Origin: an uncultured Lentimicrobiaceae bacterium
Lineage (GTDB): Bacteria; Bacteroidota; Bacteroidia; Bacteroidales; WCHB1-69
Assembly: GCA_964521105.1 (NCBI GenBank)
Contig: CAZFPO010000005.1
Location: 3,534-67,533, forward strand
Length of the DNA stretch: 64,000 nucleotides
Reading direction: 5' to 3'
A model generated the notes under the pieces. The model was not told the DNA's origin, ran no database searches, and saw only the letters and a program-made list of their open reading frames with translations. The translations under genes and the position numbers were made by a program. Of the stretch, positions 9,424 through 21,941 are shown piece by piece; position 1 is the first letter of the stretch, and every line of letters starts with the position of its first letter.

Positions 9424-11595
9424 ATGAAATATAGCCCACTTCAGTGTTTATATCGCTCTATCCTGAATAGTCCTAGAATCAGAGGAAACAAAGAATATTC
9501 AGATATAATTGGAAAAGTAGTTCGTTTAAGTGCTAAACTATACGAAAAAGAGACCTTAAAAAACGGACAGCCATACTTGTGCAAACCTCTAACTATTGCT
9601 CAAATATGCGTGGATGAATTAGGATTAAGTTATCAATCGGTTTGTGCTGTATTGCTATATCATGCGGTTGAAGATAATAAGATAAGTATTGAACAGCTTA
9701 AAATTGATATTGGCGAAAAAGCAACAGGTATTATTAAAGGCAGATTGCGAATATCCAGTTTACAAAATGAAAAAGCTTACATTCAATCGGATCAGTTTCG
9801 CAAATTATTTATTACGTTATGTGAAGATATTCGAGTTGTTTTAACCAAACTTGCAGATTTATTATTTAGCTTGCGTAATGCTTCGATGTATGATGAAGAT
9901 TTAAGACAAAAACTAGCTTTAGATGCAACCATATTGTATGCTCCAATGGCGCATCGTTTAGGATTGTATAAAGTCAAACTCGAAATGGAAGATTTATCGT
10001 TGAAAATTTCTAAACCAACCGAATATGAGCAAATTGAAATCAAGCTTCAAGAAACTAGCAAAGCTCGAGAATCGTATGTGGATAAATTTATTATTCCTAT
10101 TGAAGATAGTTTAAAGTTAACTGGATTAAAGTTCGACATTAAATATCGAACTAAATCTGTAAACTCTATCTATCAAAAAATGCTTAAACAAAAAGTAGAA
10201 TTTGAAGGTGTTTATGATGTTTTTGCAGTTCGTATTATTATCGATTGTTCGTATGAAGATGAAAAACCATTTTGCTGGAGAGTTTATTCATCAATTACCG
10301 ATAAATATACTCCAAATCCATCACGATTAAGAGATTGGATTTCCATACCAAAATCAACTGGTTACGAATCATTGCACACAACAGTAATGGGACCCGAAGG
10401 AAAATGGGTGGAAATTCAAATTCGCTCCAAACGTATGGACGAAATTGCTGAAAAAGGTATTGCAGCCCATTGGAAATATAAAGGCATAAAAGCTGGAAAA
10501 ACAATTGATGCATATTTAGGACAAATTCGTGAATTACTCGAAACCATCTCAAATACCGAAGGAGATGTTGTTAATCAGTTTATTATGGATGTGAAAACAG
10601 ATGAAATATTTGTTTTTACACCCAAAGGCGACTTGAAATCAATGCAAAAAGGTTCCACCGTGCTCGATTTTGCTTTTGAAGTCCATACACAAGTTGGGGC
10701 TAAGTGCGTGGGCGCTAAAGTAAATGGTAAAGCCGTAAAACTTCGACATATTGTTGAAAACGGGGATCAAGTAGAAATTATTACCTCTAAAAATCAAAAA
10801 CCAACCAACGATTGGCAAAATATTGTTACAACTACTAAAGCTCAAGCAACTATCCGACGACTTTTGCAGGAAGAAAAATTAAAAGAATCGGAGATTGGTA
10901 AAGAAAATTTTGATCGCAAATTTAAAAATTGGAAAATTGATATTGATAGTCAATCCATTAATAAAATTTTATCGCATTTTAAAATTAAAACGGCAAACGA
11001 TTTTTATTACTTAATTGGAATTGAAAGAATTGATTTACAAGATGTTAAAGAATTCATTCAAGCAATTCAACTTCAACCAAATCACGAAAATAAAGATTTT
11101 CAAGGTGTTACGAAATTTAAAGCCAATGGTAAACCATCCTCAAATTTACTTACAATAGATGAAAGTTTAAAAGATATTAACTATCATTTTGCCAGCTGTT
11201 GTAATCCAATTAAAGGGGATAATATTGCTGGTTTTGTTAGTATTGGTAAAGGAATTACCATTCATCGTACCAATTGCAAAAACTTTATTCAATTAGCTCA
11301 AAAATTTCCATATCGAATTCAAGAAGCAATATGGCAGTTAGGAGGTGATGATAAATCATTTGTAGCCACATTAAAAGTTACTGGGAACGATCAAGTTGGA
11401 ATTTTAAACAACATCTCTGAAGTAATCTCTACGGAATTGAAAATTAATATGCAATCGTTAACGGTGAATTCTCGTGGTGGATTATTTGAAGGTGTTTTTA
11501 AAATTGTAGTTAATGATACTAAAATGATGGAAACTTTAGTTCATCGACTGCAACGAGTCAAAGGCGTATTGAAAGTTAATAGAGTAAATAATTGA
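9424..11595 (+). CDS. relA: RelA/SpoT-homolog (p)ppGpp synthetase with a degenerate HD hydrolase domain
   Basis: Synthetase motifs YRTKSVNSIYQKM, DVFAVRIIID, YESLHTTV and EIQIRSKRMDEIAEKGIAAHWKYK. A TGS domain (FTPKGDLKSMQKGSTVLDFAF) and a C-terminal ACT domain are present. HD-domain positions read GQPYLCKP and LLYHAVEDN instead of …HP… and …HD…ED. The ATG at 9424 is preferred over the TTG at 9418. Confidence 0.9.
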   Translation: MKYSPLQCLYRSILNSPRIRGNKEYSDIIGKVVRLSAKLYEKETLKNGQPYLCKPLTIAQICVDELGLSYQSVCAVLLYHAVEDNKISIEQLKIDIGEKATGIIKGRLRISSLQNEKAYIQSDQFRKLFITLCEDIRVVLTKLADLLFSLRNASMYDEDLRQKLALDATILYAPMAHRLGLYKVKLEMEDLSLKISKPTEYEQIEIKLQETSKARESYVDKFIIPIEDSLKLTGLKFDIKYRTKSVNSIYQKMLKQKVEFEGVYDVFAVRIIIDCSYEDEKPFCWRVYSSITDKYTPNPSRLRDWISIPKSTGYESLHTTVMGPEGKWVEIQIRSKRMDEIAEKGIAAHWKYKGIKAGKTIDAYLGQIRELLETISNTEGDVVNQFIMDVKTDEIFVFTPKGDLKSMQKGSTVLDFAFEVHTQVGAKCVGAKVNGKAVKLRHIVENGDQVEIITSKNQKPTNDWQNIVTTTKAQATIRRLLQEEKLKESEIGKENFDRKFKNWKIDIDSQSINKILSHFKIKTANDFYYLIGIERIDLQDVKEFIQAIQLQPNHENKDFQGVTKFKANGKPSSNLLTIDESLKDINYHFASCCNPIKGDNIAGFVSIGKGITIHRTNCKNFIQLAQKFPYRIQEAIWQLGGDDKSFVATLKVTGNDQVGILNNISEVISTELKINMQSLTVNSRGGLFEGVFKIVVNDTKMMETLVHRLQRVKGVLKVNRVNN

Positions 11596-11716
11596 TTTTT
11601 CAATTCAATTTACGGGTAAATGTGGGTATTCAAAAATTAATAAAAAAGTCCGATAATTAATATTATGTTAAGTAGGTTTTTTTATATTCAAATTCCAATA
11701 CGTATTCCTTTCTAAT

Positions 11717-12889
11717 TTATTTTTTAAGCTCTTCTATCCTTTTAAGGGTATTTTGAGCATCTTCATTATGTTCAAATGTTATATAATAGTAATACAGAAT
11801 TGAAAGAAGTTGAAGGTTATCTGGCTCAATTTGTAAGCAAACATTCAGATATGGTTTAGCTTTTCCTATCCACGAAATTCGTTCTAAATTTTTTTCATCT
11901 ATAGTATAATGCTCTAGATTTTGTTTTAAAGCAATATCATTGGATAATTGTGCATAACGATTAAAATAAAGCACAGCAATATTATAATTGTATTTATATT
12001 CATTTGGCAAAAAATCAATTGCAAGTTTGTAATTTTTTTCAGCTTGTTTAAAGTTTCCTTTTTTCTCGTACAATACTCCTAGGTTATAGTATATTTCGGG
12101 AGAATTATTTTGATGAACAATTATTGAACTTAAAATATCAATACATTTATTCGTATCTTTTTTAAAATTATAAACATTATATGCTTGCATTAGAAATGTT
12201 AACGAATCCTTAAAAACTGGATATGCACTATCAATTATTTTTATGGCAGAATCTATTTTATTGTCTTTAACATATGCTTCAGTTAATAATACGTATGAGT
12301 TTACTTTAGTTGGATTTAATTCAATAACTTGCATAAAATACTTTTGAGCCAATGTATAATATTCTTTTTTCATAGCACTTAAACCTGCTCCTAATGCCGA
12401 AATGTAATTTTTACGATAGGCTAAACCTTTTTCATAAGCTTCTAACGATTTTATCCATTCTTTCATTTCGAAATATGACTTTCCTCTGGAGTTAATTACA
12501 TCTACGCAGTATTGTATGCCAATTTGTGGATTTTTTATTTCTAATTCTTCAAACGATTTAAATTTGTCGTAAGCTAATGATTTGTAGAAAAATGCAACAG
12601 CACTATCAATTAAAACTACTGGACCAATTGATGTAGAGTCCATTTTTTGAAAGGAAACAATATTTTGAAGGGCAGAAAAAAAATCAATGTAAGCATGATG
12701 AAACTTAATTTTTCCATTTTTCATTAAATAAAGCTCCTCTCCCACTTTTACATAATCTTTTTGGTTAACAGCCTTTATGATATTATTGATAATAAAAGCC
12801 GAATCAATTTTAGTTTTTGATTGAGAGCTACAAGTTTGTATAATAAAGAACAAACCAATAGTGATAATAATAGATAGTTTTATTTTCAT
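11717..12889 (-). CDS. TPR-repeat protein, secreted
   Basis: 390 aa with a signal peptide and repeated 34-aa A/Y/L-pattern helices (…YYNLGVLYEKKGNFKQAEKNYKLAIDF…). Confidence 0.7.
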   Translation of the reverse strand: MKIKLSIIITIGLFFIIQTCSSQSKTKIDSAFIINNIIKAVNQKDYVKVGEELYLMKNGKIKFHHAYIDFFSALQNIVSFQKMDSTSIGPVVLIDSAVAFFYKSLAYDKFKSFEELEIKNPQIGIQYCVDVINSRGKSYFEMKEWIKSLEAYEKGLAYRKNYISALGAGLSAMKKEYYTLAQKYFMQVIELNPTKVNSYVLLTEAYVKDNKIDSAIKIIDSAYPVFKDSLTFLMQAYNVYNFKKDTNKCIDILSSIIVHQNNSPEIYYNLGVLYEKKGNFKQAEKNYKLAIDFLPNEYKYNYNIAVLYFNRYAQLSNDIALKQNLEHYTIDEKNLERISWIGKAKPYLNVCLQIEPDNLQLLSILYYYYITFEHNEDAQNTLKRIEELKK

Positions 12890-12909
12890 AATGTTACATA
12901 TTAGTTAAA

Positions 12910-12940
12910 AATAATGCCGGATAAACCGGCATTATTTAGT
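12910..12940. terminator. Hairpin terminator between the two TPR genes
   Basis: AATGCCGG-ataaa-CCGGCATT is followed by a T-rich tract. Confidence 0.55.
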
Positions 12941-12954
12941 TTAAATGAATTTTA

Positions 12955-14127
12955 TTAACCCCTAATTTCCTTCATTTTAGCATCAACTTCTTTTGCTTTA
13001 TCCAACTCGTTCATTCTAGTATAAACTTGTTTAAGCATATATAAAGTATCATAATCTTTATCGTTTAAAGACCTACATTTTTCCAAATAAGGACGAGCTT
13101 TAACTAAATATTCATTAGCAGATTTTATCATTGAATCATATTGTGCTTGTTGATCCACAGGTAATTTTTCCGCAACTTCTTTCTCTTTTAAAAATTTATT
13201 GAAATAAACTGTGCCAAAATTAAATAATGCGTCAAAGTAATCAGGTTTTAATTCGATAGCTCTTTCGTAAGCTTTAACAGCTTCTTCAAAATTACCCATA
13301 TCATTTAAAACTGTTCCGATATTAAAATAAACGATTGGATTATTTGGTTCTTTATCTTTAATTTTTTGCAATAAATCCAACGCCACCTTAGTTTGTCCTG
13401 CCCACAGATAAATATTAAATTTTTGAATCATAATACGACTAGTATCTGCAAACACTTTTTCGCCATTATTAATAGTATTGATAGCTTTCGTTGTATCGTT
13501 TTCATCTTTATAAATATCGGATAAGAAAATATAAATATTGGGCTCATTGTATTTTGCACTTATTAAACCATTAAAATATTGTTTAGCACTTTTATAGTTT
13601 TTCTTTTCGCCTTGAGGTTTTAATTTTTCCATATACATCGCAGCTAAAGCAGCCATATACATAGCTCCATTATCGGTTTTAATTCGGTTAGTTTTATCGA
13701 AATCGGCAAAAGCTTCGACAAATTTTTGGTTTTGATACGAAACTAAACCTCTATTAAAGTATAATGCTGCACAATATTGAGAACCTATAATTGGGCTACT
13801 AATATCTAGCATGTCGTTAGAAATTCCGCCGTCGATAGTGATAGCTTTTTGGTAAGATGCATAAGCAGTATCTAAAGCATTTTCCTTTAAGGTGTTAACA
13901 GTTGGGTCGGTTGAAGCAGCAATTTTATAATAAATATTTCCACGATAAAACCAAGTTCGAGCTTGATCTTTTGTGTCAGGGTGTAGAGCTGCTTCTTCAA
14001 TTGCCTCAAGGGCTTTGGCTATTTTACCTCTGCGATAATCTTGAAACGCATTGTTTATTTTTGATGATTGAGCAAATCCAGTTGCAAACAATGCCAACAT
14101 GGTAATTACGATTACTAATTTTTTCAT
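12955..14127 (-). CDS. TPR-repeat protein, secreted (paralogous in architecture to 11717-12889)
   Basis: 390 aa with a signal peptide (…FATGFAQS) and TPR helices (…YFNIGTVLNDMGNFEEAVKAYERAIELKPDY…). Confidence 0.7.
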   Translation of the reverse strand: MKKLVIVITMLALFATGFAQSSKINNAFQDYRRGKIAKALEAIEEAALHPDTKDQARTWFYRGNIYYKIAASTDPTVNTLKENALDTAYASYQKAITIDGGISNDMLDISSPIIGSQYCAALYFNRGLVSYQNQKFVEAFADFDKTNRIKTDNGAMYMAALAAMYMEKLKPQGEKKNYKSAKQYFNGLISAKYNEPNIYIFLSDIYKDENDTTKAINTINNGEKVFADTSRIMIQKFNIYLWAGQTKVALDLLQKIKDKEPNNPIVYFNIGTVLNDMGNFEEAVKAYERAIELKPDYFDALFNFGTVYFNKFLKEKEVAEKLPVDQQAQYDSMIKSANEYLVKARPYLEKCRSLNDKDYDTLYMLKQVYTRMNELDKAKEVDAKMKEIRG

Positions 14128-14169
14128 GATTTTTTTATTTTACTAATCTATAAATTTATTTTTTTTTAG

Positions 14170-16770
14170 TTATTCTTCATCTTTTTCAGGTTCATTTTCT
14201 TCGTTATCTTCGCTATCTTCATTTTCTATTTCCTCAATTTCGTCATTTTCATCTACTTCATCTACAATAGAAACCGAGTCGTCTGCTTCGCCAACTACTG
14301 CTTCGTATTCCACTTCTTCCTCTTCGTCGGCAGGTACGGTAGCTACTGCTGCTATTTGATTATCGTTACGCAAATTTATTAATTTTACACCTTGAGTTGC
14401 ACGCCCCATAACTCTGGTATCTGCAATTCGTAGGCGGATTAATATTCCGTTTTCAGTGATAATCAATAAATCGTCCGAATCGGTTACATTTTTCATAGCA
14501 ATTAACTTTCCAGTTTTTTCGGTGATATTCATTGTTTTTACACCTTTTCCACCGCGGTTAGTTTCGCGGTAATCTACCACTGGAGAGCGTTTGCCATATC
14601 CATTTTCAGAAACTACAAGAACGTTGCTTTCGGGATCGTCAACACAAATCATGCCTATCACGTAGTCGCTATCGTTTGCTAACTTAACGCCTTTTACTCC
14701 AGAAGCATTTCTACCCATTGGGCGAACTAGTCGTTCGTTAAAACGAATTGCTCTACCCGAACGAAGTGCTATCATAATTTCGTGGCTTCCACCAGTTAAT
14801 CTTGCTTCTAACAAATTATCATCTTCACGAATTGTGATAGCATTAATTCCATTTTGACGAGGACGAGAATATGCTTCTAGGGATGTTTTTTTGATAATCC
14901 CTTTCTTCGAGCAAAGAATTACATAATTGCTTTTAACATACTCTTCGTCAGATAAATTAAGAACATTAATTACAGCTTTAACTTTATCGTCGGGTTCGAT
15001 GTTTATCATATTTTGGATGGCTCGACCTTTAGAAGTTTTGTTTCCTTCGGGAATTTCATATACTTTAAGCCAGAAACATTTTCCTTTTTCAGTAAAGAAC
15101 AGCAAATAATTATGATTGGTTGCAATGTGTAAATATTCAATAAAATCATCATTTCGTGTACTACTTCCTTTTGAGCCTCTGCCTCCACGATTTTGAACTT
15201 TATATTCGGTTAATGGAGTCCGCTTAATGTATCCTAAATGCGACATAGTAATCACAACAGCCTCATCTGCAATAGTATCTTCTATTCTAAAATCAGCGGC
15301 AGTGTATTCAATATTTGTTTTTGGCTCATCACCATATTTATTTTTAATTTCAATAAGCTCTTCTTTAATTACTTTCATTCGTAAAGCCTCATCAGCTAAT
15401 AATTCATTTAAGTAATCGATAAGTTTCATTAACTCATCATATTCATTTTGAAGTTTTTCGCGTTCTAAGCCTGTTAACTGACGTAATCTCATTTCGACTA
15501 TTGCTCGAGCTTGCAGTTCGCTTAGTTGGAAGCGTTCCATTAAATTTGTGCGGGCTTCTTCAACTGTTTTTGATGCCCTAATAATTGCTATAACTTCGTC
15601 GATATTATCCAACGCAATTAGTAATCCTAATAAAATATGAGCACGTTTTTCGGCTTCGCTAAGGTCGAATTGAGCCCTCCGAATGACAATTTCGTGGCGG
15701 TGATTCACGTAATGGAAAATCATGTCTTTTAAGTTTAAGGTCATTGGACGACCTTTAACTAATGCTACATTATTAACACTAAATGAAGTTTGAAGAGCGG
15801 TATATTGATAAAGTTTATTAAGAACAACATTAGCAACTGCATCGCGTTTTAAGTCATAAACAATTCGAAGTCCATTTCTATCCGATTCATCTCGAATGTC
15901 TGCGATCCCCTCAATTTTTTTCTCATTTACTAATTCGGCAGTTTTGCGAATCATTTCTGATTTATTAACTTGATAAGGGATTGACGTGATAATTATTTTT
16001 TCACGACCATGATCGTGGTCTTCATTTTCAATAATTGCTTCGCCTCTCATCATTATTCTACCACGACCTGTATGGAAAGCCTCGCGAACACCATCGTAAC
16101 CGTATATTATCCCACCAGTAGGAAAGTCGGGAGCCTTAATGTATGCCATCAATTCTTCGATCGTAATTTCATTATTATCGATATAGGCAACAATTCCGTC
16201 AATTACTTCAGTTAAATTATGTGGAGGCATGTTAGTTGCCATACCAACAGCAATCCCAGAAGAACCATTAACGAGTAAATTAGGAATTTTTGAAGGTAAC
16301 ACCGTAGGTTCTTCAAGAGAATCATCAAAATTTAATCGAAAATCAACAGTGTTTTTATCAATATCAAACATCATTTCTTCAGCAATTTTTTTCATTCTTG
16401 CTTCGGTATAACGCATTGCTGCTGGACTATCACCGTCTATTGAGCCAAAATTACCTTGACCATCAATTAGTGGATAACGTAATGACCATTCTTGAGCCAT
16501 ACGAACCATTGAGTCGTATACTGCAGTGTCACCATGTGGGTGATATTTTCCAAGCACTTCGCCAACAATACGAGCTGATTTTTTATACGGTGTTGTTGAA
16601 ACTATTCCCATATCCCACATGCCATATAAAATTCGGCGGTGAACAGGTTTAAAACCATCTCGTACATCGGGTAATGCACGGGCAACAATAACCGACATCG
16701 AATAATCGATGTAGGCTGATTTCATTTGATTTTCAATGTTTACTTTAATAATTTTTTCTTCTTGTGTCAT
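14170..16770 (-). CDS. gyrA: DNA gyrase subunit A
   Basis: [12 protein letters not shown], the active-site region [10 protein letters not shown], and C-terminal beta-pinwheel repeats. It ends in a roughly 50-aa acidic tail. The start was moved to the ATG at 16770 ([13 protein letters not shown]…). Confidence 0.97.
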   Translation of the reverse strand: MTQEEKIIKVNIENQMKSAYIDYSMSVIVARALPDVRDGFKPVHRRILYGMWDMGIVSTTPYKKSARIVGEVLGKYHPHGDTAVYDSMVRMAQEWSLRYPLIDGQGNFGSIDGDSPAAMRYTEARMKKIAEEMMFDIDKNTVDFRLNFDDSLEEPTVLPSKIPNLLVNGSSGIAVGMATNMPPHNLTEVIDGIVAYIDNNEITIEELMAYIKAPDFPTGGIIYGYDGVREAFHTGRGRIMMRGEAIIENEDHDHGREKIIITSIPYQVNKSEMIRKTAELVNEKKIEGIADIRDESDRNGLRIVYDLKRDAVANVVLNKLYQYTALQTSFSVNNVALVKGRPMTLNLKDMIFHYVNHRHEIVIRRAQFDLSEAEKRAHILLGLLIALDNIDEVIAIIRASKTVEEARTNLMERFQLSELQARAIVEMRLRQLTGLEREKLQNEYDELMKLIDYLNELLADEALRMKVIKEELIEIKNKYGDEPKTNIEYTAADFRIEDTIADEAVVITMSHLGYIKRTPLTEYKVQNRGGRGSKGSSTRNDDFIEYLHIATNHNYLLFFTEKGKCFWLKVYEIPEGNKTSKGRAIQNMINIEPDDKVKAVINVLNLSDEEYVKSNYVILCSKKGIIKKTSLEAYSRPRQNGINAITIREDDNLLEARLTGGSHEIMIALRSGRAIRFNERLVRPMGRNASGVKGVKLANDSDYVIGMICVDDPESNVLVVSENGYGKRSPVVDYRETNRGGKGVKTMNITEKTGKLIAMKNVTDSDDLLIITENGILIRLRIADTRVMGRATQGVKLINLRNDNQIAAVATVPADEEEEVEYEAVVGEADDSVSIVDEVDENDEIEEIENEDSEDNEENEPEKDEE

Positions 16771-16917
16771 AAATCCCCTATTCTGTATTCTTAGTTTAAA
16801 TGAAAGCACGAATTTACTATTTTTATATGAAATAATAAGCATTTTAGAGGTTTTATTACTAACAAAAATGTGTTAAAAAAAAACCTTTATTTAAATTGTC
16901 TGTTGTATAATAACTTG

Positions 16918-16925
16918 TATTTTTG
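16918..16925 (+). promoter_or_regulatory. -7 promoter box (TATTTTTG) for clpC
   Basis: The box overlaps the TTG-extended ORF start at 16923. The ATG at 16950 follows 24 nt later. Confidence 0.45.
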
Positions 16926-16949
16926 AAAAATCTAATAATTACATTAACT

Positions 16950-19559
16950 ATGGAAGTAAAATTATCCTCAAGAGCTTACGATGTTTTGTCATACAGTTCT
17001 AATGAAGCCCATCGTTTAGGAAATGATTATGTTGGCATTGAGCATTTATTACTTGGAATATTACGCGATAATGAATGCGGTGCAATTAGCATTTTAAAGC
17101 AATATAAAATAAATTTAAAAAAGATTAAATACGAAATCGAAGTTGCCATCAGAAACGATGAAAATAAATCACAACAAAATATTTCCGATCATCATTATGT
17201 AAACAAGCAACCTGTTAATAAACAACTTGAAAAAGTTATTAAATACGCTTTTCTTCTTTCTAAAAATTACAAAAGTAGCGTAATCAAAACCGAGCATTTG
17301 TTATTATCAATTCTAAAAGAAGAAAATAATATTGCAACTATGATTTTAAATAAAGAAGGATTAAAATATATTCATGCTCAACGAATTGTAGAAATTATGA
17401 ACAGTACTGGCGTTAATGATGAGGATAAATTTGAGAAAAAAGATAAAGAGTTTGATGAATTTGACGATTTTAAGGATGAATTATCAAGCGGTGATGACGA
17501 AGATGTAAACCCTTTTGGAGGTGGCGATTCTTCCTCAAAAAAAAGTGCCGATCCTAAATCAAAAACTCCAGTTTTAGATAGCTTTGGAAGGGATTTAACC
17601 CGTATGGCTGAAGAAGATAAGCTCGATCCTATTGTTGGTAGAGATAAGGAATTGGAACGCATAGCTCAAATTCTTAGTCGTAGGAAAAAAAATAACCCCA
17701 TTTTAATTGGTGAACCAGGTGTAGGTAAATCGGCAATTGCCGAAGGTCTTGCTCTTAGAATTGTGCAGCGAAAAGTTCCACGATCTTTATTTAATAAAAG
17801 AGTTGTTACGCTTGATTTAGCCTCATTAGTTGCTGGAACAAAGTATCGCGGTCAGTTTGAAGAAAGAATGAAAGCGGTGTTGAAAGAAATTGAAAAAAAC
17901 ACCGATATCATTATGTTTATTGATGAAATTCATACGATCGTTGGTGCTGGTAACGCTTCAGGTTCATTAGATGCATCAAATATGTTTAAACCAGCCTTAG
18001 CTCGTGGCGAATTACAATGTATTGGTGCAACAACCTTAGATGAATACAGACAATACATCGAAAAAGATGGAGCGTTAGAACGTCGATTCCAAAAAGTGCT
18101 GATTGATCCAACCACAGAAGAAGAAACGGAACAAATTTTACACAATATTAAAGCAAAATATGAAGACCATCACTTAGTTAGATACGACGATGAAGCTATT
18201 AAGGCTTGTATTAGCCTTACCATGCGGTATATTAGTGATAGATGTTTGCCCGACAAAGCAATAGATGCGTTAGATGAAGCTGGTGCTCGGATTCATATTA
18301 AAAATGTACATGTTCCTGCCGATGTGCTCGATTTAGAATCACAAATTGAACTTACACGACAAAATAAAAACACTGCTATTAAAAATCAAAAATTTGAAGA
18401 TGCTGCAAATTTTAGAGATGCTGAACGAAAATTAATAGAAGAACTCGAAAAAGCCAAAAAACGTTGGTTAGAAGACAATCAAACCAACCGACAAATTGTT
18501 ACCGAAGAAAATGTGGCTGAAGTTGTTGCAATGATGACTGGTATACCTATTCAGCGAATTGCTAAAAATGAAGGGGAACGATTACTAAGCATGGAGGCGG
18601 AATTAGAAGGTTCGGTTATTGGACAAAATGCTGCGATTAGCAAAGTTGTTAAAGCAATTAGACGCAACAGAGCCGGACTTAAAGACCCTAACAAGCCCAT
18701 TGGGTCATTTATATTTTTAGGACCTACCGGTGTTGGAAAAACGTATTTAGCAAAAATTTTAGCTCAATATCTATTTGATTCAACTGATGCCATGATTCGT
18801 ATTGATATGAGCGAATATATTGAAAAATTTGCTGTTTCACGTTTGGTTGGTGCTCCTCCGGGTTATGTAGGTTATGAAGAAGGTGGTCAACTTACCGAAA
18901 AAGTTCGCCGTAAGCCCTACTCTATTGTTTTACTCGATGAAATTGAAAAAGCACACCCTGACGTTTTTCATATTTTACTTCAGGTACTTGATGATGGAGT
19001 GTTAACAGATAGTTTAGGTCGTAAAGTTGATTTTAAAAACACTATTATCATTATGACGTCCAATATTGGGACTCGACAATTGAAAGATTTTGGTACTGGA
19101 GTGGGCTTTCAAACTGCAACTCGCACTCAATCAATTCAAAAAGATTCAACCGGTATTTTGGAAAATGCTTTGAAAAAAGCTTTTGCTCCCGAATTTTTAA
19201 ATCGAATTGATGATGTAATTATTTTTAATTCGCTTGAACGGGAAGATATTCATAAAATAATCGATATCGAACTCAAACATTTGTTTAACCGAGTTCAAAA
19301 ACTTGGTTTCCAAATTGAAGTTAGTTTAGATTGCAAAGATCATTTAATTGAACGTGGTTGGGACCCTCAATATGGTGCTCGTCCCTTGAAAAGAGCGATT
19401 CAAAAATATATCGAAGATGAATTAGCCGAAGAATTAATTCGAAATAAAGATGCAGAAGCAAAACTAATTATTGTCGATTACAATAAAGTCGATGATAAAG
19501 TTGTAATTAAATTTAAAAAAGAAAAGAAATCAAAAACGTCATCGGTTGATAAAGAATGA
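16950..19559 (+). CDS. clpC: ATP-dependent Clp protease ATP-binding subunit (ClpC type)
   Basis: Two Clp_N repeats, two AAA+ modules ([15 protein letters not shown]; [12 protein letters not shown]; Walker B LLDEIEKA) and a UVR-like middle motif ([16 protein letters not shown]). An acidic, Gly-rich linker follows the N-domain. Confidence 0.9.
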   Translation: MEVKLSSRAYDVLSYSSNEAHRLGNDYVGIEHLLLGILRDNECGAISILKQYKINLKKIKYEIEVAIRNDENKSQQNISDHHYVNKQPVNKQLEKVIKYAFLLSKNYKSSVIKTEHLLLSILKEENNIATMILNKEGLKYIHAQRIVEIMNSTGVNDEDKFEKKDKEFDEFDDFKDELSSGDDEDVNPFGGGDSSSKKSADPKSKTPVLDSFGRDLTRMAEEDKLDPIVGRDKELERIAQILSRRKKNNPILIGEPGVGKSAIAEGLALRIVQRKVPRSLFNKRVVTLDLASLVAGTKYRGQFEERMKAVLKEIEKNTDIIMFIDEIHTIVGAGNASGSLDASNMFKPALARGELQCIGATTLDEYRQYIEKDGALERRFQKVLIDPTTEEETEQILHNIKAKYEDHHLVRYDDEAIKACISLTMRYISDRCLPDKAIDALDEAGARIHIKNVHVPADVLDLESQIELTRQNKNTAIKNQKFEDAANFRDAERKLIEELEKAKKRWLEDNQTNRQIVTEENVAEVVAMMTGIPIQRIAKNEGERLLSMEAELEGSVIGQNAAISKVVKAIRRNRAGLKDPNKPIGSFIFLGPTGVGKTYLAKILAQYLFDSTDAMIRIDMSEYIEKFAVSRLVGAPPGYVGYEEGGQLTEKVRRKPYSIVLLDEIEKAHPDVFHILLQVLDDGVLTDSLGRKVDFKNTIIIMTSNIGTRQLKDFGTGVGFQTATRTQSIQKDSTGILENALKKAFAPEFLNRIDDVIIFNSLEREDIHKIIDIELKHLFNRVQKLGFQIEVSLDCKDHLIERGWDPQYGARPLKRAIQKYIEDELAEELIRNKDAEAKLIIVDYNKVDDKVVIKFKKEKKSKTSSVDKE

Positions 19560-19578
19560 AATTTGAATTATTGTTTTT

Positions 19579-19616
19579 AAAAGCCATGTAGATATTATTT
19601 CAACATGGCTTTTTTG
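19579..19616. terminator. Bidirectional terminator between clpC and the convergent glycosyltransferase gene
   Basis: AAGCCATGT…ACATGGCTT hairpin with a T-run (19612-19616) and an upstream A-run. Confidence 0.7.
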
Positions 19617-19639
19617 TTAATAATTAGTATACTGAGAAT

Positions 19640-20767
19640 TCATTTTTGTATTACTCCTAAAAGTAATTCTACATTTTTTTTATTATCGTATAAAACTGAA
19701 ACTTCATCGATTCTAGTTTGTATGTCGGCTTGAGTAAAAGTTTGATTAAAAATAGTTTCAATTTGGCTTATACAATTGGATTGATTTTCAAGATTTACAA
19801 TATTCACAGAATTTGATATGCCAGTTCCTTCAAGCATTTTATCGTTACAAATGCAAAATCGACCATTAAATAATGCATTTAATAGCTTTAACTTTAACCC
19901 GGTTGATTGTAGAGTAAACAAAAGGTTTAATTGAGCATTTGATATTAAATTTTTTAACTCATCATCAGATGGATTTGATATTAATGTGATATGTGAATAA
20001 TTTGTAATTGCTTGAAAAATAGATTTATCCGGATTATTACCAGCAATTTTCAATGGAATATTTATGTTCGATAAAAGATTTTCAATAATCCACACCACCA
20101 TTTGATAATTTTCGGCTACGGATAAATTTCCATGAAACAAAGCGTAATCGCCTTTACCAGTTTTAATTTCACAAACATTACTTTGATGAAATGGAGGAAT
20201 TAATGTTGTTTTACCATATTTAGTATTAAAGTAATAAAAATCATTTTGTGAAATAGAGATTAGTGTATCGGCACTTTGGAGGACTTTTTCAAAGTATTTG
20301 AGTTTTATAGCATCTAAAATATAGTAAGCCTTTTTAAATACATTAGACGTGCGATTACTAAGTTCATGGTAGTAATTGTGCTCAATATTATGGGTTCTTA
20401 CAATTTTAAGTCTTTTTTTCAAGTTATTATGATTTAGGAATGCACAAGTGTGGAGTCCTTCAAAAATTATTGGAGCTTCATCTTGTAATAAGTTATTCAA
20501 CAAGTTTTTATTTTGTCGGCTTCGAACTATGTATGGTTTTATAGAAAGATGATATAGAAAAGATTTTGGACGTGGGTAATATGATACTTTTGTTGCAAAT
20601 TGATTTAATATTTCTTGTTTCTCGCGACCATATTGAAAACAATGCAAATGAATATTTAAACCTGCTTCACTTAGGTGTTTGAGTTTATAAAACACATCAA
20701 TAATACCACCATAGTTAGCAGGATATGGAATATTAAACGAAATAATATGAAGGTCGATTTTAGACAT
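19640..20767 (-). CDS. Glycosyltransferase (GT-B fold, family not resolved)
   Basis: 375 aa. N-terminus …HIISFNIPYPANYGGIIDVFYKLKHL… and a C-terminal half with a GT-B sugar-donor domain pattern. It overlaps the upstream GT gene by 8 nt. Confidence 0.65.
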   Translation of the reverse strand: MSKIDLHIISFNIPYPANYGGIIDVFYKLKHLSEAGLNIHLHCFQYGREKQEILNQFATKVSYYPRPKSFLYHLSIKPYIVRSRQNKNLLNNLLQDEAPIIFEGLHTCAFLNHNNLKKRLKIVRTHNIEHNYYHELSNRTSNVFKKAYYILDAIKLKYFEKVLQSADTLISISQNDFYYFNTKYGKTTLIPPFHQSNVCEIKTGKGDYALFHGNLSVAENYQMVVWIIENLLSNINIPLKIAGNNPDKSIFQAITNYSHITLISNPSDDELKNLISNAQLNLLFTLQSTGLKLKLLNALFNGRFCICNDKMLEGTGISNSVNIVNLENQSNCISQIETIFNQTFTQADIQTRIDEVSVLYDNKKNVELLLGVIQK

Positions 20768-21941
20768 ATTGATGAATAATATTTTCGAGAATTAATTTTT
20801 CATTTTCCCAATTTAATTTTTTTGATGCATTTTTAGAGTTAGTTTTACATTGATTAGTATATTCCTTATTATTAATTAATTGTTTAATTGAATCGGCAAT
20901 ATTTTGAGGAGTAATTTCATCAATTACAATTCCAATTTGATAAGTTTCTATGATACTTTTTACCTCAATTAAATTTGATGCAATAACGGGTATTCCAGCC
21001 ATTATATAATCAAATAATTTATTGGGTAAACTGTATTTGTAATTGATATTTAGGTCTTTATCAAGTGTTAGTCCTACGTCAGATACTGCAGTATATTTCA
21101 TCATTTCAGAGTATGGCAGTTTTGAAATAAATTTAATTTTTTTATTTAGATTCTGTTTTTTTGCAATATCTTTTAATTTATCAATAACATCTCCTGAGCC
21201 AATAATTAAAAGTAACACATTATCTAAATATTGAAGTGATAAAACTGCTTCTTCATAGCCTCTGTCAATGTTTATACCTGCACCTTGCATAATCATAATA
21301 AACTCTGATTCAGGTATGTTTAAGTCCGAACGGGTAATATTGTCATCAATCTCAATTTGAATTGGGACATTGCGAATTACTTCAATTTTATGATTAAATG
21401 ATTTACTGTATATTTCAGCAATAGAATTGTTTACAGTAATAAAATTGTCAACATGTTTAAAACAAAAGTTTTCAATAATTGACCATATTCTTTTTACGAT
21501 TTTTCTGTTTTGAATTTCGGGTACTCCTAAAAAATATTCATGGCTATCATAAATTAAAGGTTTTCGCTTTAATATAGAAATCAATGTATTGGCTAACAAG
21601 GTGTCTAAGTCGTTAGCATAAAGAACATCGATTTTTTTAAAAAGTAAGTAAAAAAAAAGTCTTAAATTGAATAAGAAATAAAAAAGTGGCCCTTTATTTA
21701 TGAAAAAGATAAATCGTTTTATGCGATAAGGACGACTAATTTGTAAACTATTGGGTAATTTTCTGCCTATTAACACAACATTAAACCTCAATTCATGCAA
21801 GGTAGAACAAGTTCTAGCTACTCTCTGATCGGTACTTAGGTCGTTTATAACTGATATGGCAATAGTTTTCAAAACGGATTTTTTTGTAATGGAATAACAC
21901 GAAAAAGCAGAAAATATTATAAAGAATAAATTATTCGTCAA
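20760..21941 (-). CDS. Glycosyltransferase family 4-like (GT-B)
   Basis: 393 aa. N-terminal [11 protein letters not shown] motif and a C-terminal donor-binding region (…[20 protein letters not shown]…) containing an E/D-x7-E-like segment. Confidence 0.7.
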   Translation of the reverse strand: MTNNLFFIIFSAFSCYSITKKSVLKTIAISVINDLSTDQRVARTCSTLHELRFNVVLIGRKLPNSLQISRPYRIKRFIFFINKGPLFYFLFNLRLFFYLLFKKIDVLYANDLDTLLANTLISILKRKPLIYDSHEYFLGVPEIQNRKIVKRIWSIIENFCFKHVDNFITVNNSIAEIYSKSFNHKIEVIRNVPIQIEIDDNITRSDLNIPESEFIMIMQGAGINIDRGYEEAVLSLQYLDNVLLLIIGSGDVIDKLKDIAKKQNLNKKIKFISKLPYSEMMKYTAVSDVGLTLDKDLNINYKYSLPNKLFDYIMAGIPVIASNLIEVKSIIETYQIGIVIDEITPQNIADSIKQLINNKEYTNQCKTNSKNASKKLNWENEKLILENIIHQYV

